DNA of 64,000 bases, taken from positions 1-64,000 of IMG/VR virus record IMGVR_UViG_3300046810_000338, one strand, 5' to 3'. The position numbers and the translations under genes are program-made. This document shows positions 44,165 through 53,962 of this stretch, piece by piece. Positions within the stretch are counted from its first letter, which is position 1; every line of letters begins with the position of its first letter. Under the pieces are notes generated by a model. The model saw nothing but the letters and a program-made list of their open reading frames with translations, searched no databases and was not told the origin of the DNA.

Positions 44165-45754
44165 ATGACTAACGAAGTTTCCATCTTTTCCATCAGTTCC
44201 GATCTAGGCATTACTCTGGTCAACACCAGACTCAAACGGGTTGACCATTTCGATCAAGCCGTTATTGAAAAATTGCCAGCTAATCTTTACTGGGTTGGCA
44301 CCGACGCCCTGGGGCTTTCTCCAGAAGCGTTGGAAAGCTACTCGATGAGCACGCTATATCAACCGGGCCTGAAGCTCCTGACGAAGGACCAAGTCTTCAG
44401 TTCGGTCATGATCGAAGAAAGGCTATCTGTTTTCGGCATTCACCAGACCGAAGGGTGGAGCATTTACAGTTACAGGACCATGATGGCAGCAGACCGATAT
44501 GAGGTGCGTAACCGACCGCTGTATCTGCTTCGCTTGGTCACCAACGTCCTGTGGAGCGAGTTCTTTCGTATCAACAAATCGATCACCAACCAGATACTGT
44601 GCCTGCCTGCCGCACTGGCTCAGGACAGTGACATTGATGTCAAAACCTTTGTTGAAATCGCTATCGATTTCTTTTCCAAGCAGGCTGATCCTACTCAGTG
44701 GATTACCATGTTGCCGGCGGTGATTGACATTCTTGAAGGTCGGGACCCTCAACCTGGTAAGCTGGCGGTCACAGAAGAACCTATCGAGTATGTTCCAACG
44801 GGTCAGGCTCAAGCCAAACCTACCTTCCTGGATCTGATGCAGAATCGCAGTGGCGTGACTTCGATTAACATTGCCGACCTGCCACTGGTCAATAACGTTG
44901 CGGGCATGCCACAAAGAATCTCTGGGCTGGTACCGGTGGACCTGCGCAAGATGTTTCCAGACGACCTGGTAATCAACAGCGCTGGTCAGGTATTCGTCAG
45001 TTCGGGCATCGACCTCGTCGCCTTGCAAGAGGAAGTCAATTCCTGGGACCTGCCAGGCTTCGATGGTCCAGGTTGGTTCGATGCTGGCCGGGCTTATCTG
45101 GCCGTTCGTGACCACATCGGGGTTGATCAAAACGATATCAATAACTTGGTAGAGTACGCAGCCTTGCAGGGTTGGGTTAAAGACAAGGACTATGACCCTG
45201 ACCAACAAGTGACCTACGCGGTACCGATTCAATTGGTTGACCCACTGGCAGTGTTCTTTGAAGAACACATTTGGTTCAAGCTGCGTGAATCGACTGAGCT
45301 TGACCATGAAGTCGGTGATGATCATTCGGCGCAATACCGGTACTACTACGGGTTGACCAAACTGGGTATCGATCCAGCGTCTCCAGAAGCGGTGTCTGTT
45401 GAAACCGCTCTGAAGCTGGGTAATACCTGTACCACCGTTGAAAGCCTGCCCAAATACTTCCCGATCCATTTGGGTAAGATGGCAGCGCTGGGCAAACAGG
45501 TGGAAGAAAGTGATCAAGGCAAATCGCATGACTTCCTGGGTTGGTGGGCAAACATCATGGAAGAACCTGCCACTAGCAACAATGTTCAAGAGTTGATGAC
45601 CGAAGTTGCGGCTGTCTTGAAAGACAAGCAACTTGCTTCGGAGATGTTCGAGGCCATCAAAGCAGTTGTTGAAACCCTGACACCTGCAACTGCCCAAGCC
45701 TACTTGCGGATCACCCTGCTTGGCCTCACTGGCGAAGCACCGGTCCAGGAATAA
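44165..45754 (+). CDS. Hypothetical protein (about 530 aa)
   Basis: AGGAG RBS; followed by terminator hairpin. Confidence 0.85.
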   Translation: MTNEVSIFSISSDLGITLVNTRLKRVDHFDQAVIEKLPANLYWVGTDALGLSPEALESYSMSTLYQPGLKLLTKDQVFSSVMIEERLSVFGIHQTEGWSIYSYRTMMAADRYEVRNRPLYLLRLVTNVLWSEFFRINKSITNQILCLPAALAQDSDIDVKTFVEIAIDFFSKQADPTQWITMLPAVIDILEGRDPQPGKLAVTEEPIEYVPTGQAQAKPTFLDLMQNRSGVTSINIADLPLVNNVAGMPQRISGLVPVDLRKMFPDDLVINSAGQVFVSSGIDLVALQEEVNSWDLPGFDGPGWFDAGRAYLAVRDHIGVDQNDINNLVEYAALQGWVKDKDYDPDQQVTYAVPIQLVDPLAVFFEEHIWFKLRESTELDHEVGDDHSAQYRYYYGLTKLGIDPASPEAVSVETALKLGNTCTTVESLPKYFPIHLGKMAALGKQVEESDQGKSHDFLGWWANIMEEPATSNNVQELMTEVAAVLKDKQLASEMFEAIKAVVETLTPATAQAYLRITLLGLTGEAPVQE

Positions 45755-45816
45755 CAACCCTCGCCTAGTCACTACCTTTTCGGGCAGTGACTAGGTTTTA
45801 ATCGAAAGGACAACAC

Positions 45817-46608
45817 ATGCACTCTTTAGTAACTATCCTGGCCCCTGCTGGTTGGGACAAAATGGTACGCCCAGAAGAAGTTGAACTGAGCATTCGTTTT
45901 AACCCGAGGTCTCCTCAAACCGTGACACTTGAGCCATTGTTCGGTTACGTCTCTGACGACCCTCGCCCATCGCTGCCATCCACCCCAAGCGTTCCTTTGG
46001 CAATGGACCTGCATGTACTGGTTACGCATGTCGAAGAGAAAATCTTCATGTTCACCGCCCCTCTTTACGAGCAGGCTCAACGTGAGCGCCGTGCTACTCA
46101 GAACATCTACGTACCCAAGGGGTATGGTCAATACCTCCATGCCAGGCTTCGCGCACAGAACTTCGTCTACGGAAAAGTACCCACCTTCGTCACTCCAACC
46201 ATGACGTTGTTGGATTACATTATCCAAGACTCGTTTTACAGCCGGATCAAACCAGACTGGTTGTTTAACCCGCTGCTGTCGTTAGAGGAGCTCAAACAAA
46301 AACTGGGCTTTCTGCCAGAACCGGTGGCGCCCAATGCTGAACCCTCGGCTGGGCCAGACGCTCGGCGGGCTACCGACGAAGCAGCGAAGCATGGAAGTAA
46401 CCATGGTTGGGAACGCATGGCTGCCAGAATGGAAGAGCGGCTTAACCAGAGTGCCAACGAACAGCCTCGTAGCCGCCGGCACCATCCGGGCGAAGAGAGC
46501 ATTCCTGTAAACTGGTACGCGATTGCTACCGACCAATTCCCCGTCATGGACTGCCGTGAGTTCCTCGACATGCCCATCGGCACTCTGGCCATTTACGGCT
46601 GCTTCTAA
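45817..46608 (+). CDS. Hypothetical protein (263 aa)
   Basis: AAGGA RBS. Confidence 0.8.
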   Translation: MHSLVTILAPAGWDKMVRPEEVELSIRFNPRSPQTVTLEPLFGYVSDDPRPSLPSTPSVPLAMDLHVLVTHVEEKIFMFTAPLYEQAQRERRATQNIYVPKGYGQYLHARLRAQNFVYGKVPTFVTPTMTLLDYIIQDSFYSRIKPDWLFNPLLSLEELKQKLGFLPEPVAPNAEPSAGPDARRATDEAAKHGSNHGWERMAARMEERLNQSANEQPRSRRHHPGEESIPVNWYAIATDQFPVMDCREFLDMPIGTLAIYGCF

Positions 46609-46742
46609 GAGACACTGCATCGTGCACCCTAACACTTCCAAACTCAAACCCACCCCGCAGGCTAAAGACTTCGACAAGCTCTTTGACGAGGTTTTCACCA
46701 GCGGCATAAACCAGCCTGGCCCAAGGACCAGGCCGGTAAAAG

Positions 46743-47567
46743 TCACAGCAAGCCACCCACGATCGACTGGATGTGGTCCAAGTGTGACAAAGGGTCGCTG
46801 AGGATAGCGACTTTCTGCCACTTGTTCATTTGCTCCTCGTACAGCTCGTTGGCGTCAGAGTATCCGTCCACCACTGAACGGAACGTACCCAGACTCATAC
46901 CGCCAGAGATCTGTGCCTCGTCCATCGAGATGTTGATGTTGTTGTAGATATACGCTTTGACCGCGTATTCAACCAACTTCTTGAAGTGCTTCCATGCAGA
47001 TGCAGGAATGTGCGACAAGGTGTTGTTGTTCTCCAGCTGGCAGTCAAGATACAGCGTCCCTGCAAGACGAAGCGGCGAACGGATGAGGAGAGTGTTATCG
47101 CCAATGAGCTGAATGTTGGCATCGCTCATCAATGGCATTTGGGCGCGGGACAATTGGTTGGCCCGTAAGGCGTCAATCAATCCGCTACCATAGCCACCAC
47201 TTTGCATGGACACACTGCCCCCCAGTGCACCTGTAGGCGTACCGGTTACCATGGCATACACCGCGGTAATCGATCGCCCATCAGTGCGGTCTTTGGGAAT
47301 CTGAACAACCAGGCTCCAGTCTGGTTGTTGTTCCTGAATCAACCCGAACAAGGGAATCAGTTCCCGCTGTCCGCTAATCAAATTCATCCCAGGGATAACT
47401 CGCCCTTCGATGACTTTGTCGCGGATAACATGGTCGATACTGACCACGGGAGCATGGCGTCTTCCCCATGTCTCTTGACGGATAAGGTCGTTCAAAAATG
47501 CCTCTCGCAAGATCGGCATTGGAATGACGTGCTTCAATTCATTGAGTGCGTGCTGAATAGCATTCAT
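46743..47567 (-). CDS. Conserved phiKZ-like protein divergent from phuZ (putative virion protein)
   Basis: MNAIQHAL..LKHVIPMPIL.EAF...KLVEYAVKAYIYN..I.MD...ISGG..LG.FRSVVD.Y.DA is recognisable as a chimallivirus core-type sequence. Confidence 0.75.
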   Translation of the reverse strand: MNAIQHALNELKHVIPMPILREAFLNDLIRQETWGRRHAPVVSIDHVIRDKVIEGRVIPGMNLISGQRELIPLFGLIQEQQPDWSLVVQIPKDRTDGRSITAVYAMVTGTPTGALGGSVSMQSGGYGSGLIDALRANQLSRAQMPLMSDANIQLIGDNTLLIRSPLRLAGTLYLDCQLENNNTLSHIPASAWKHFKKLVEYAVKAYIYNNINISMDEAQISGGMSLGTFRSVVDGYSDANELYEEQMNKWQKVAILSDPLSHLDHIQSIVGGLL

Positions 47568-47666
47568 GTTTAATTCCCATTAGCTGACACATGCTTTGAC
47601 CACAACATGTCGATCAATAGCATGTCGGTATTGCAATACCCAATTTTTGAATGGAGTAAAGTCGGT

Positions 47667-48707
47667 ATGAGTAACAAAGTAAACATCGTTGCTTGCGGTG
47701 GCTTCGGTCAAAACATCATGATCCTTTTCTCGGAGCGTGAAGTCTTCAGACAGCTGCACGAACATCTGAACCTCATCGCCCTCGACACCAGTCCTTCTAA
47801 CCTGAAGCGCTTTGCTGGCAAGCCGATCGACGACGTCGTCACCAAGATCCTGGTCCCCAACGTTAACGGCTCCGGTAAATACCGGGCCGAGAACTACGAA
47901 CAGATCGTTTCCATGACCACCGAACTCGTCAACAGCGACCAGCTGTCCGAGGGCCTGACTATCCTCATCTCGTCGGGGTCCGGTGGTTCGGGTGCAGTAA
48001 CGGCTTCCGAGCTGCAACAGCTTCTGGGCGATCGCGGGCGTCCTGTGTTGGCCATGATGCTGGGCACTGACGAAGATGCGACGGCGGTGGAAAACACTCT
48101 CAAGTCCGTCAAGACCTTGCAACACAAGGCTGGCCAGGGCAAGAAGAACTTCACCTTGTTCTATGGCAGCAACCGCTTCCCAGACCCGAAAGACGAAAAG
48201 AAAACGGTCATCGACGAAGTCAAGGCCGATACGCTGTTCGTCACCAACCTGGAAGACCTGGTCATGGTTGGCCATCCAACCAACGAAGATCTGGACAGCA
48301 AGGACATCTACAACTGGCTGAACTTTCCGATCAAACAAACCGAGCCAGGCACCGTTCGTTTCCTGTCCCTGACCAGCCGCCGCGAGAGCGAAGATTTCCC
48401 GACCACCGGCGAAGCTCCAATCACTGCACTGTCCCTGCTGTCCAAGCGCGGTATCACTCCCCAGTTCCCAGAAGGTGCTGGTTGGACAACTCGCGGCTAT
48501 GTGACCGAAGGCCTGGCGTTCGTTGACGACGTGGTCGAAGTTCAGTACCAGCTCTTCGCCGGCAAATCGGCTAAGCTGACCAACCAGCTGGAACAAACCC
48601 TGAAGACCTTCGCCGGCATTCAGGAAAAGCAAGCCGAAGCTGCGGCGGGCGACAAGCTCAAGACGTCTGAAAAGGACAAAGTGTCCGACAGCGGTACGTT
48701 CCTGTAA
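47667..48707 (+). CDS. phuZ: PhuZ phage tubulin
   Basis: ACGGFGQNI, IALDTS.SN, NGSGKYR.EN, tubulin signature SGSGGSGAV, LDSKDIYNWL, acidic C-terminal tail. Confidence 0.93.
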   Translation: MSNKVNIVACGGFGQNIMILFSEREVFRQLHEHLNLIALDTSPSNLKRFAGKPIDDVVTKILVPNVNGSGKYRAENYEQIVSMTTELVNSDQLSEGLTILISSGSGGSGAVTASELQQLLGDRGRPVLAMMLGTDEDATAVENTLKSVKTLQHKAGQGKKNFTLFYGSNRFPDPKDEKKTVIDEVKADTLFVTNLEDLVMVGHPTNEDLDSKDIYNWLNFPIKQTEPGTVRFLSLTSRRESEDFPTTGEAPITALSLLSKRGITPQFPEGAGWTTRGYVTEGLAFVDDVVEVQYQLFAGKSAKLTNQLEQTLKTFAGIQEKQAEAAAGDKLKTSEKDKVSDSGTFL

Positions 48708-48778
48708 GTAACAGATCGGTCACCGGGGAAACCCGGTGACCTTTTTACTCACTGCTTTATTTTTTTGTTGGAGCAGAC

Positions 48779-48940
48779 ATGGAACGTAAAGACTTGAACG
48801 ACATTGTTTCCGGTGACACTTTTGCTCTTGTTAAAAAAGCCAAGCGGCTTAGCGAAAGACTGAAGGAACAAGAGCCAATCTCTGGCCTCCAGACCTTGGT
48901 TTCTACAATGGGCCGTGTTAAGCGACCACGCACTGACTGA
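48779..48940 (+). CDS. Small hypothetical protein (53 aa), missed by ORF track
   Basis: GGAG RBS; MERKDLNDIVSGDTFALVKKAKRLSERLKEQEPISGLQTLVSTMGRVKRPRTD. Confidence 0.55.
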   Translation: MERKDLNDIVSGDTFALVKKAKRLSERLKEQEPISGLQTLVSTMGRVKRPRTD

Positions 48941-49077
48941 TAGTATTGAGTAGAGGATGGTTGCAGCCAACCATTGGAAGTCTAAGGACAGACTCCTACT
49001 TGCATCTCCAGGTGCTCAAGTCCCGCCCTTTCGGGGGCGGGCATTTATGCCCAACTGCTTAATTTTTGGAGGATTAC

Positions 49078-49494
49078 ATGCCGATCATCAGTACAGAACC
49101 CCTCGTTAACATTGACTTCGACCCAAGCTGTCAGAAACGCAATGACATGCTGGGGAAATGGAGGGGCAGTTCTAATCGGCTGGAACTGCATGGACTCTAT
49201 TCCCTGCGCCAGTTGGTCACGGCTAACAGCTCTACCAGCGACATGTTTTCGCATGACCCAACCAACGGTGGCGGTGCCAATAATTTCCTGATGTTACAGT
49301 ATCGGGGAACCAGACCAATGGCCAGGAACGATGCCGGCAAATTGGTCCACGCTATGGAGGCAGTCTTCCTTCGTTGCCTGCCTGCCGGGCGCCACTCGTT
49401 TACCCAGGAAAACTACTGGGTTGTTCCAATGACTGAGGAGAACATGTCTGGACTGTTCTTTTCACCTTTTCCTCTTACTCCGGTAAATGATTAA
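49078..49494 (+). CDS. Hypothetical protein
   Basis: GGAGG RBS. Confidence 0.75.
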   Translation: MPIISTEPLVNIDFDPSCQKRNDMLGKWRGSSNRLELHGLYSLRQLVTANSSTSDMFSHDPTNGGGANNFLMLQYRGTRPMARNDAGKLVHAMEAVFLRCLPAGRHSFTQENYWVVPMTEENMSGLFFSPFPLTPVND

Positions 49495-49509
49495 CCAGTA
49501 CCACTACTC

Positions 49510-49620
49510 TATGCGGAAGTACATCTTCCGAATAGGACAGGCGGATACGTTGAGCGAATAGGGTCTTGAGTCCAATCAGCTGCAACCCCGCTAAAACCGA
49601 GCCCACCTTCGGGTGGGCTT
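49510..49620 (+). ncRNA. Candidate small structured RNA
   Basis: Two stems plus terminator in an ORF-free gap. Confidence 0.35.
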
Positions 49621-49646
49621 TTTTATGCAGTCATTAGGATACGACC

Positions 49647-50027
49647 ATGACCCAGTCTTACATCGGTACCAAACAAGTCCTGGCCTGGGCTCAGGCAGGT
49701 CTACAGGACAAAGAAGGCCAGCCAGGCTACGCAGTTAAATACGCCAATGGCCATGTCAGCTGGTCGCCCAAAGATGTGTTCGAGGCAGACTACATCGCCA
49801 TCGGTCACGTTGGCCACCTCCCCCCATACCAGCAAACCATCATTGGCGAACTGGCCCAATTGCGCGCCCGCATCGAAGCCTCCAACAAGTTCATCGCCGG
49901 CGAGATCCATGCAAGCCTTGATCCACTCGATCAGGAACTGATGGCACAGCAAGTGGTCTGCATGACGCAACTGGCCAGCATCCTCAACTCCCGGCTGGAT
50001 CGACTGGTCCAAAAGACTGAACAATGA
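49647..50027 (+). CDS. Two-domain phage protein, candidate nucleotide-signal sponge
   Basis: N-domain YIGTK.V.A...GYAVKY.NG..SWSPKDVFE..Y; C-domain LPPYQQ.I..E..QL..RI...F....L...DQEL...Q...M..L..IL..R. Confidence 0.6.
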   Translation: MTQSYIGTKQVLAWAQAGLQDKEGQPGYAVKYANGHVSWSPKDVFEADYIAIGHVGHLPPYQQTIIGELAQLRARIEASNKFIAGEIHASLDPLDQELMAQQVVCMTQLASILNSRLDRLVQKTEQ

Positions 50028-50239
50028 GCGGCGTGTTCAGATGCACTCGATGTAACTACGTCGACCACATGGACATCGTTTACTTTCTGGGCAACGATCG
50101 AGACGTAGACAATCGACCGATCAATTTGTTGTGTACGGTCTGCCACGGGCTGCCTTGGCATGACCGCATGCTGCGACTGAAATACAACCCAGAAATACAC
50201 GAGGTGGTCAATCCTCCCCCAGAACTTATTCAAACCTAA
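50024..50239 (+). CDS. Small Zn-finger protein (71 aa)
   Basis: CTRC...LCTVC...WH. Confidence 0.7.
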   Translation: MSGVFRCTRCNYVDHMDIVYFLGNDRDVDNRPINLLCTVCHGLPWHDRMLRLKYNPEIHEVVNPPPELIQT

Positions 50240-50534
50240 CCAGGCTGCGTAAGTTATTGATAAGACTCTGCCGGTTGTACTCCTTACGGCTGAGTTAATC
50301 CGAGGCTTTCACTGAACACTCTTTGGGGAGAGGGTTTGCGTGGTAGGCTTCATGTGTGGGCGATCCACCCCTGTCCTCCTCACGGACGGACAGGGGCTTT
50401 ATGCCTAATGTTTAGTCGAGCTTCTGTAAGCCACCTAGAAGAGCAATTAAATTGAAACTGCAACGGGATATCCTGTAGGAGGCCATCGCCTCTTAGACGC
50501 GATTCTAGAGCCGCCTGAGATCCATACGACGGAT

Positions 50535-50551
50535 TCTCAGACCTAAATTAT
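50535..50551 (+). promoter_or_regulatory. Candidate phage early promoter motif
   Basis: TCTCAGACCTAAATTAT. Confidence 0.65.
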
Positions 50552-50580
50552 CTACGTGATCTGGGTTCTGGTGTCGTACT

Positions 50581-50913
50581 ATGAATATCAACCATATACC
50601 AGGGTTGCATTCTTCGATTCTTTTCCATGTAACCGAGTGGCGACATGAGCTCTTTCAAGTTGGAGTTTACGTCAACTTGGCAGACTACATTGCTTGGATT
50701 TTGATCAACCTTGGCTATCCTGTCCTAACCCCATTTGGGTCAGAGCCTGCGTTGACTGAAAACGGCAAGGCGGTAAGGTATCACCATGAAAAGGATATTC
50801 TCCTATTCATGAATGAAACGCTATCGCATGCCGGATATAACGGGGAAGAACTGTGGGTGACATCTCGCGGTAGCAGCTTATGTGCGATAAGCTTTATAAG
50901 GAGTGCTGTCTGA
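50581..50913 (+). CDS. Hypothetical protein (110 aa)
   Basis: First gene after promoter motif. Confidence 0.65.
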   Translation: MNINHIPGLHSSILFHVTEWRHELFQVGVYVNLADYIAWILINLGYPVLTPFGSEPALTENGKAVRYHHEKDILLFMNETLSHAGYNGEELWVTSRGSSLCAISFIRSAV

Positions 50914-51539
50914 TGAACCGAATCTTTGACATGGGTGAGCAGTTGGCAGAACTGACCATGTTCTCCAACGAGTGTAAGGTCCCAGGTGTAAATCTGATGA
51001 CCACTCGCCATTGGGCAAAGTTCATGTTTGAATGCGCCAAAGATATGTTACGATCCGGCCAATACGTGCCGGGTAGTGGTCCTCGCCAGATCAAGCGTTT
51101 GCTGGACACGATGAAGGAAGAGTGTGGCATTATCGTTGACAACGGATACAGTGACGATGGTCGGAATGCTTACGAGCGTACCTTGGAACTTAAAACGTTC
51201 TTGGATGCAATCGATCTGAAAGCAACCGAACCCGAACCACTGCCCGATGATACGACAGCGCGCCTTAGCCCAACACAGCTCAAGAAGCGCTGGATTCAGC
51301 AAGAAAGTTTCCAATACACTGCTGCCCTGGAAGACTTCCTGGACAACAGTTACTACGATCCCCACAATGAAGTTCACGAGTTCATCGACCACACCGTTCG
51401 CTCAGGCGAACTGTGGACGGTAACTACGGTGGGGAACTCTCTGATCTTTTCTTACGTATGTCATCGGGCTTCTGTGGAAGCAGCCGTCCGAGCATCGGGC
51501 GGAAACATGAATGACTTCGTGAGGCACCTAATCGCTTAG
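50913..51539 (+). CDS. Hypothetical protein
   Basis: AAGGAG RBS, TGATG coupling. Confidence 0.75.
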   Translation: MNRIFDMGEQLAELTMFSNECKVPGVNLMTTRHWAKFMFECAKDMLRSGQYVPGSGPRQIKRLLDTMKEECGIIVDNGYSDDGRNAYERTLELKTFLDAIDLKATEPEPLPDDTTARLSPTQLKKRWIQQESFQYTAALEDFLDNSYYDPHNEVHEFIDHTVRSGELWTVTTVGNSLIFSYVCHRASVEAAVRASGGNMNDFVRHLIA

Positions 51540-51547
51540 GGGTTTAC

Positions 51548-52063
51548 ATGAGTGGCCTTCAGCAAGCTTCATACAACCAGGGTAATCCCGATTTTCACAT
51601 TGTGATTACCCTGGGAGAAATCATCGGTCAGTTTTATATTGACCTGGACGATCCTGTATTCAACAATGTGCAGGAACAGTTCACCAGCGACACCGTGGGT
51701 TATCTGACCCGCGGTTTGATCCACAGCTCGTTGAGAATACCGGGCGGTCTCAAGCTTAACGAATGTGTCCAGTTCTTTCCCAGCCATGCTCAAAGAGCTG
51801 GTCGTGAAGTGCTGGACAATGTTTGGAAAGCATTGCAGAGTGAGATCGCCAGGGCTGAACTCATTATTGAGACAGCCCACCCACACCGCAAGTTTGCAAT
51901 CTGTACCTTTCCTGCACCCATGATCGATGGCTACTACACGTTGACGTTGTGGTACCGTTGGTTGTCGTACGAGGAAGTGGTTGCGTCCAACTATGAGGAG
52001 TTATCCGAAGAGTTGGAGAATAGCGGCATTGCATTGCCGGCGATTCAAGCGCTGGGTTTCTAG
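51548..52063 (+). CDS. Hypothetical protein (171 aa)
   Basis: Operon ORF. Confidence 0.75.
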   Translation: MSGLQQASYNQGNPDFHIVITLGEIIGQFYIDLDDPVFNNVQEQFTSDTVGYLTRGLIHSSLRIPGGLKLNECVQFFPSHAQRAGREVLDNVWKALQSEIARAELIIETAHPHRKFAICTFPAPMIDGYYTLTLWYRWLSYEEVVASNYEELSEELENSGIALPAIQALGF

Positions 52064-52073
52064 GGAGACTTCT

Positions 52074-52463
52074 GTGCCTTACCTAACGATCAATCATGAC
52101 ATGGCTGAAATTGTGGCCGAGGTCAAGATGAGTTACCCAGGCATCGTTAAACTGTTCCCTAATTTCACCGAGATGGTTAACGACCTAGCGGCGTTGGCCA
52201 TTAAGGACAGATCTTCTGGGTACGGCAGTTGTCTGGAAGAGTTTATTGCAAGCAACCTAGGGAGTGCTTTCCATTACCTAGAGTTGTTCTTCAGGGCGCA
52301 GTCTGGTAGGTGGTATACCGAGATCATCCAATTCGTTAGCAACACAACGAGCGAATACGATGAGTTCTTCATCGAGGATGTCTGGCAGATTACGCCTAAC
52401 CTTTTAAGTGTCAGAATCTGGGCGGAGTACCGGATCGATGACAGGATATTGGGAGTCATGTGA
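52074..52463 (+). CDS. Hypothetical protein
   Basis: GGGAG RBS, GTG start. Confidence 0.7.
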   Translation: MPYLTINHDMAEIVAEVKMSYPGIVKLFPNFTEMVNDLAALAIKDRSSGYGSCLEEFIASNLGSAFHYLELFFRAQSGRWYTEIIQFVSNTTSEYDEFFIEDVWQITPNLLSVRIWAEYRIDDRILGVM

Positions 52464-53074
52464 TGTACGGGAATTATCGTTTACGATTGAACCTGGACGA
52501 AGCAATCGGTGAGATCTCCAGGATCTTGTCGGCTGTGTCCAACTGTAACATGGACTACAAAACGACTTCGATGGCATGTGCACACTACAAGCAATTGGCG
52601 CTTGTGTGTGCATGTGCATTTATGATGTCGCCTGTTGCAAGGGTGCTCAAAGACCGCACAGCCCACGCCAAAGTAAGGCGGGTGCTGTTTGATGAGGTGG
52701 ATGCGGTTTATGCCGTCTTCGCTCAAGAATCTGGGCGCTGGGGCAAGGATGCAACAATGGCAGTTGTGGTTGAATTGGCTTACCACATCCTGTTGGAAAT
52801 CATTCATTCCATACCGAACCTTGAGAATACTCTAGGCGTGCCTACGCTGTACAACTTCACCCCAACGCAGGTGGGCAATCAGGCTGGAGAATACCAGGCT
52901 CAACGTATTCAACCTGTAAATCCAATTCTGTTGGACTACGTGGATGATCCCACTGGGCCCATCCCCGAAGAGTTCAGACTGGGTTACGACAGCAAACCTC
53001 CGCCCGAACACAACAACATTCTCACCTTCACACTGTGGGTCCGCACACCGCCTGCTGTACGTCGGTTAAACTAG
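52460..53074 (+). CDS. Hypothetical protein (204 aa)
   Basis: GTGA overlap. Confidence 0.7.
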   Translation: MMYGNYRLRLNLDEAIGEISRILSAVSNCNMDYKTTSMACAHYKQLALVCACAFMMSPVARVLKDRTAHAKVRRVLFDEVDAVYAVFAQESGRWGKDATMAVVVELAYHILLEIIHSIPNLENTLGVPTLYNFTPTQVGNQAGEYQAQRIQPVNPILLDYVDDPTGPIPEEFRLGYDSKPPPEHNNILTFTLWVRTPPAVRRLN

Positions 53075-53075
53075 G

Positions 53076-53525
53076 ATGTCTCATCCAATGACAACATCAC
53101 AGGCTGTTCCGACCATTCTGAGGATCAAGCGGGCTTTCTTACCCAACACAATCCTCTTGAGAATAGATCGTGAAAGCGACTACTTCGATCTGGGGATTGA
53201 AGCAGGCAACTTAGACCTCTATTGCCAAACCCTGATAGAGTTTGTAATGGAGGCCTTTGTTACTGATAGCCGCAGCTGGACTTACGACTCCGGACACGTT
53301 CAGGCTATCGACATCCTGTCTACCTACGAAGAATGTGTGGCTAGATTTGCTTTCATTCTAGGCAGGTCTTTTGACATAGAAAAAATCAGAGACGATCTGA
53401 TCATGATCTACACTAACCTAATGGGTGCTCTGGATAGTCAGTACCCCAGATGGAGACAATCCTGCCCTGGGTCATTCAAATTCCGTTTGACTCCTGGGTA
53501 TTACGATTTTCTGGTGGACGTATGA
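53076..53525 (+). CDS. Hypothetical protein (149 aa)
   Basis: Operon ORF. Confidence 0.7.
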   Translation: MSHPMTTSQAVPTILRIKRAFLPNTILLRIDRESDYFDLGIEAGNLDLYCQTLIEFVMEAFVTDSRSWTYDSGHVQAIDILSTYEECVARFAFILGRSFDIEKIRDDLIMIYTNLMGALDSQYPRWRQSCPGSFKFRLTPGYYDFLVDV

Positions 53526-53962
53526 ACACAACCCTGCAACGCGTTATTATCTTGAACATGTCTGAAGAGATCCAAGAGTACCGCACAGGTCTCATCGCAA
53601 ACTACGGTTGCGAGGACGACGATCTCTACAACGAGTTCGGTCCGCCAGAGGACATTGTGACACTGGCCGCCTCGACTTTCTTTGGTGATATCGATGAATG
53701 GGGCATTGATGGGGCCATCGATTCATTGGGCCCCGGTCAGTGCAGTGCACCTGAAGTGGCCGATGCCTTTTACTTCGATGTGCTTAATACTCTGAACAGT
53801 TTTACGCCACAACTTCGGGGCTTGGGGCTAAGTCATTTGATTGACTACACCTTCAGATCCCCAAATTTGACATTGGTCGTGGCAAGTCAGGCCGCGGTTG
53901 ATGAATCCAACCAAAAGGATATGACGAACTATCATGCCAACCTCCAGCCACCAAGAAGCTGA
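53522..53962 (+). CDS. Acidic hypothetical protein
   Basis: ATGA overlap. Confidence 0.7.
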   Translation: MNTTLQRVIILNMSEEIQEYRTGLIANYGCEDDDLYNEFGPPEDIVTLAASTFFGDIDEWGIDGAIDSLGPGQCSAPEVADAFYFDVLNTLNSFTPQLRGLGLSHLIDYTFRSPNLTLVVASQAAVDESNQKDMTNYHANLQPPRS

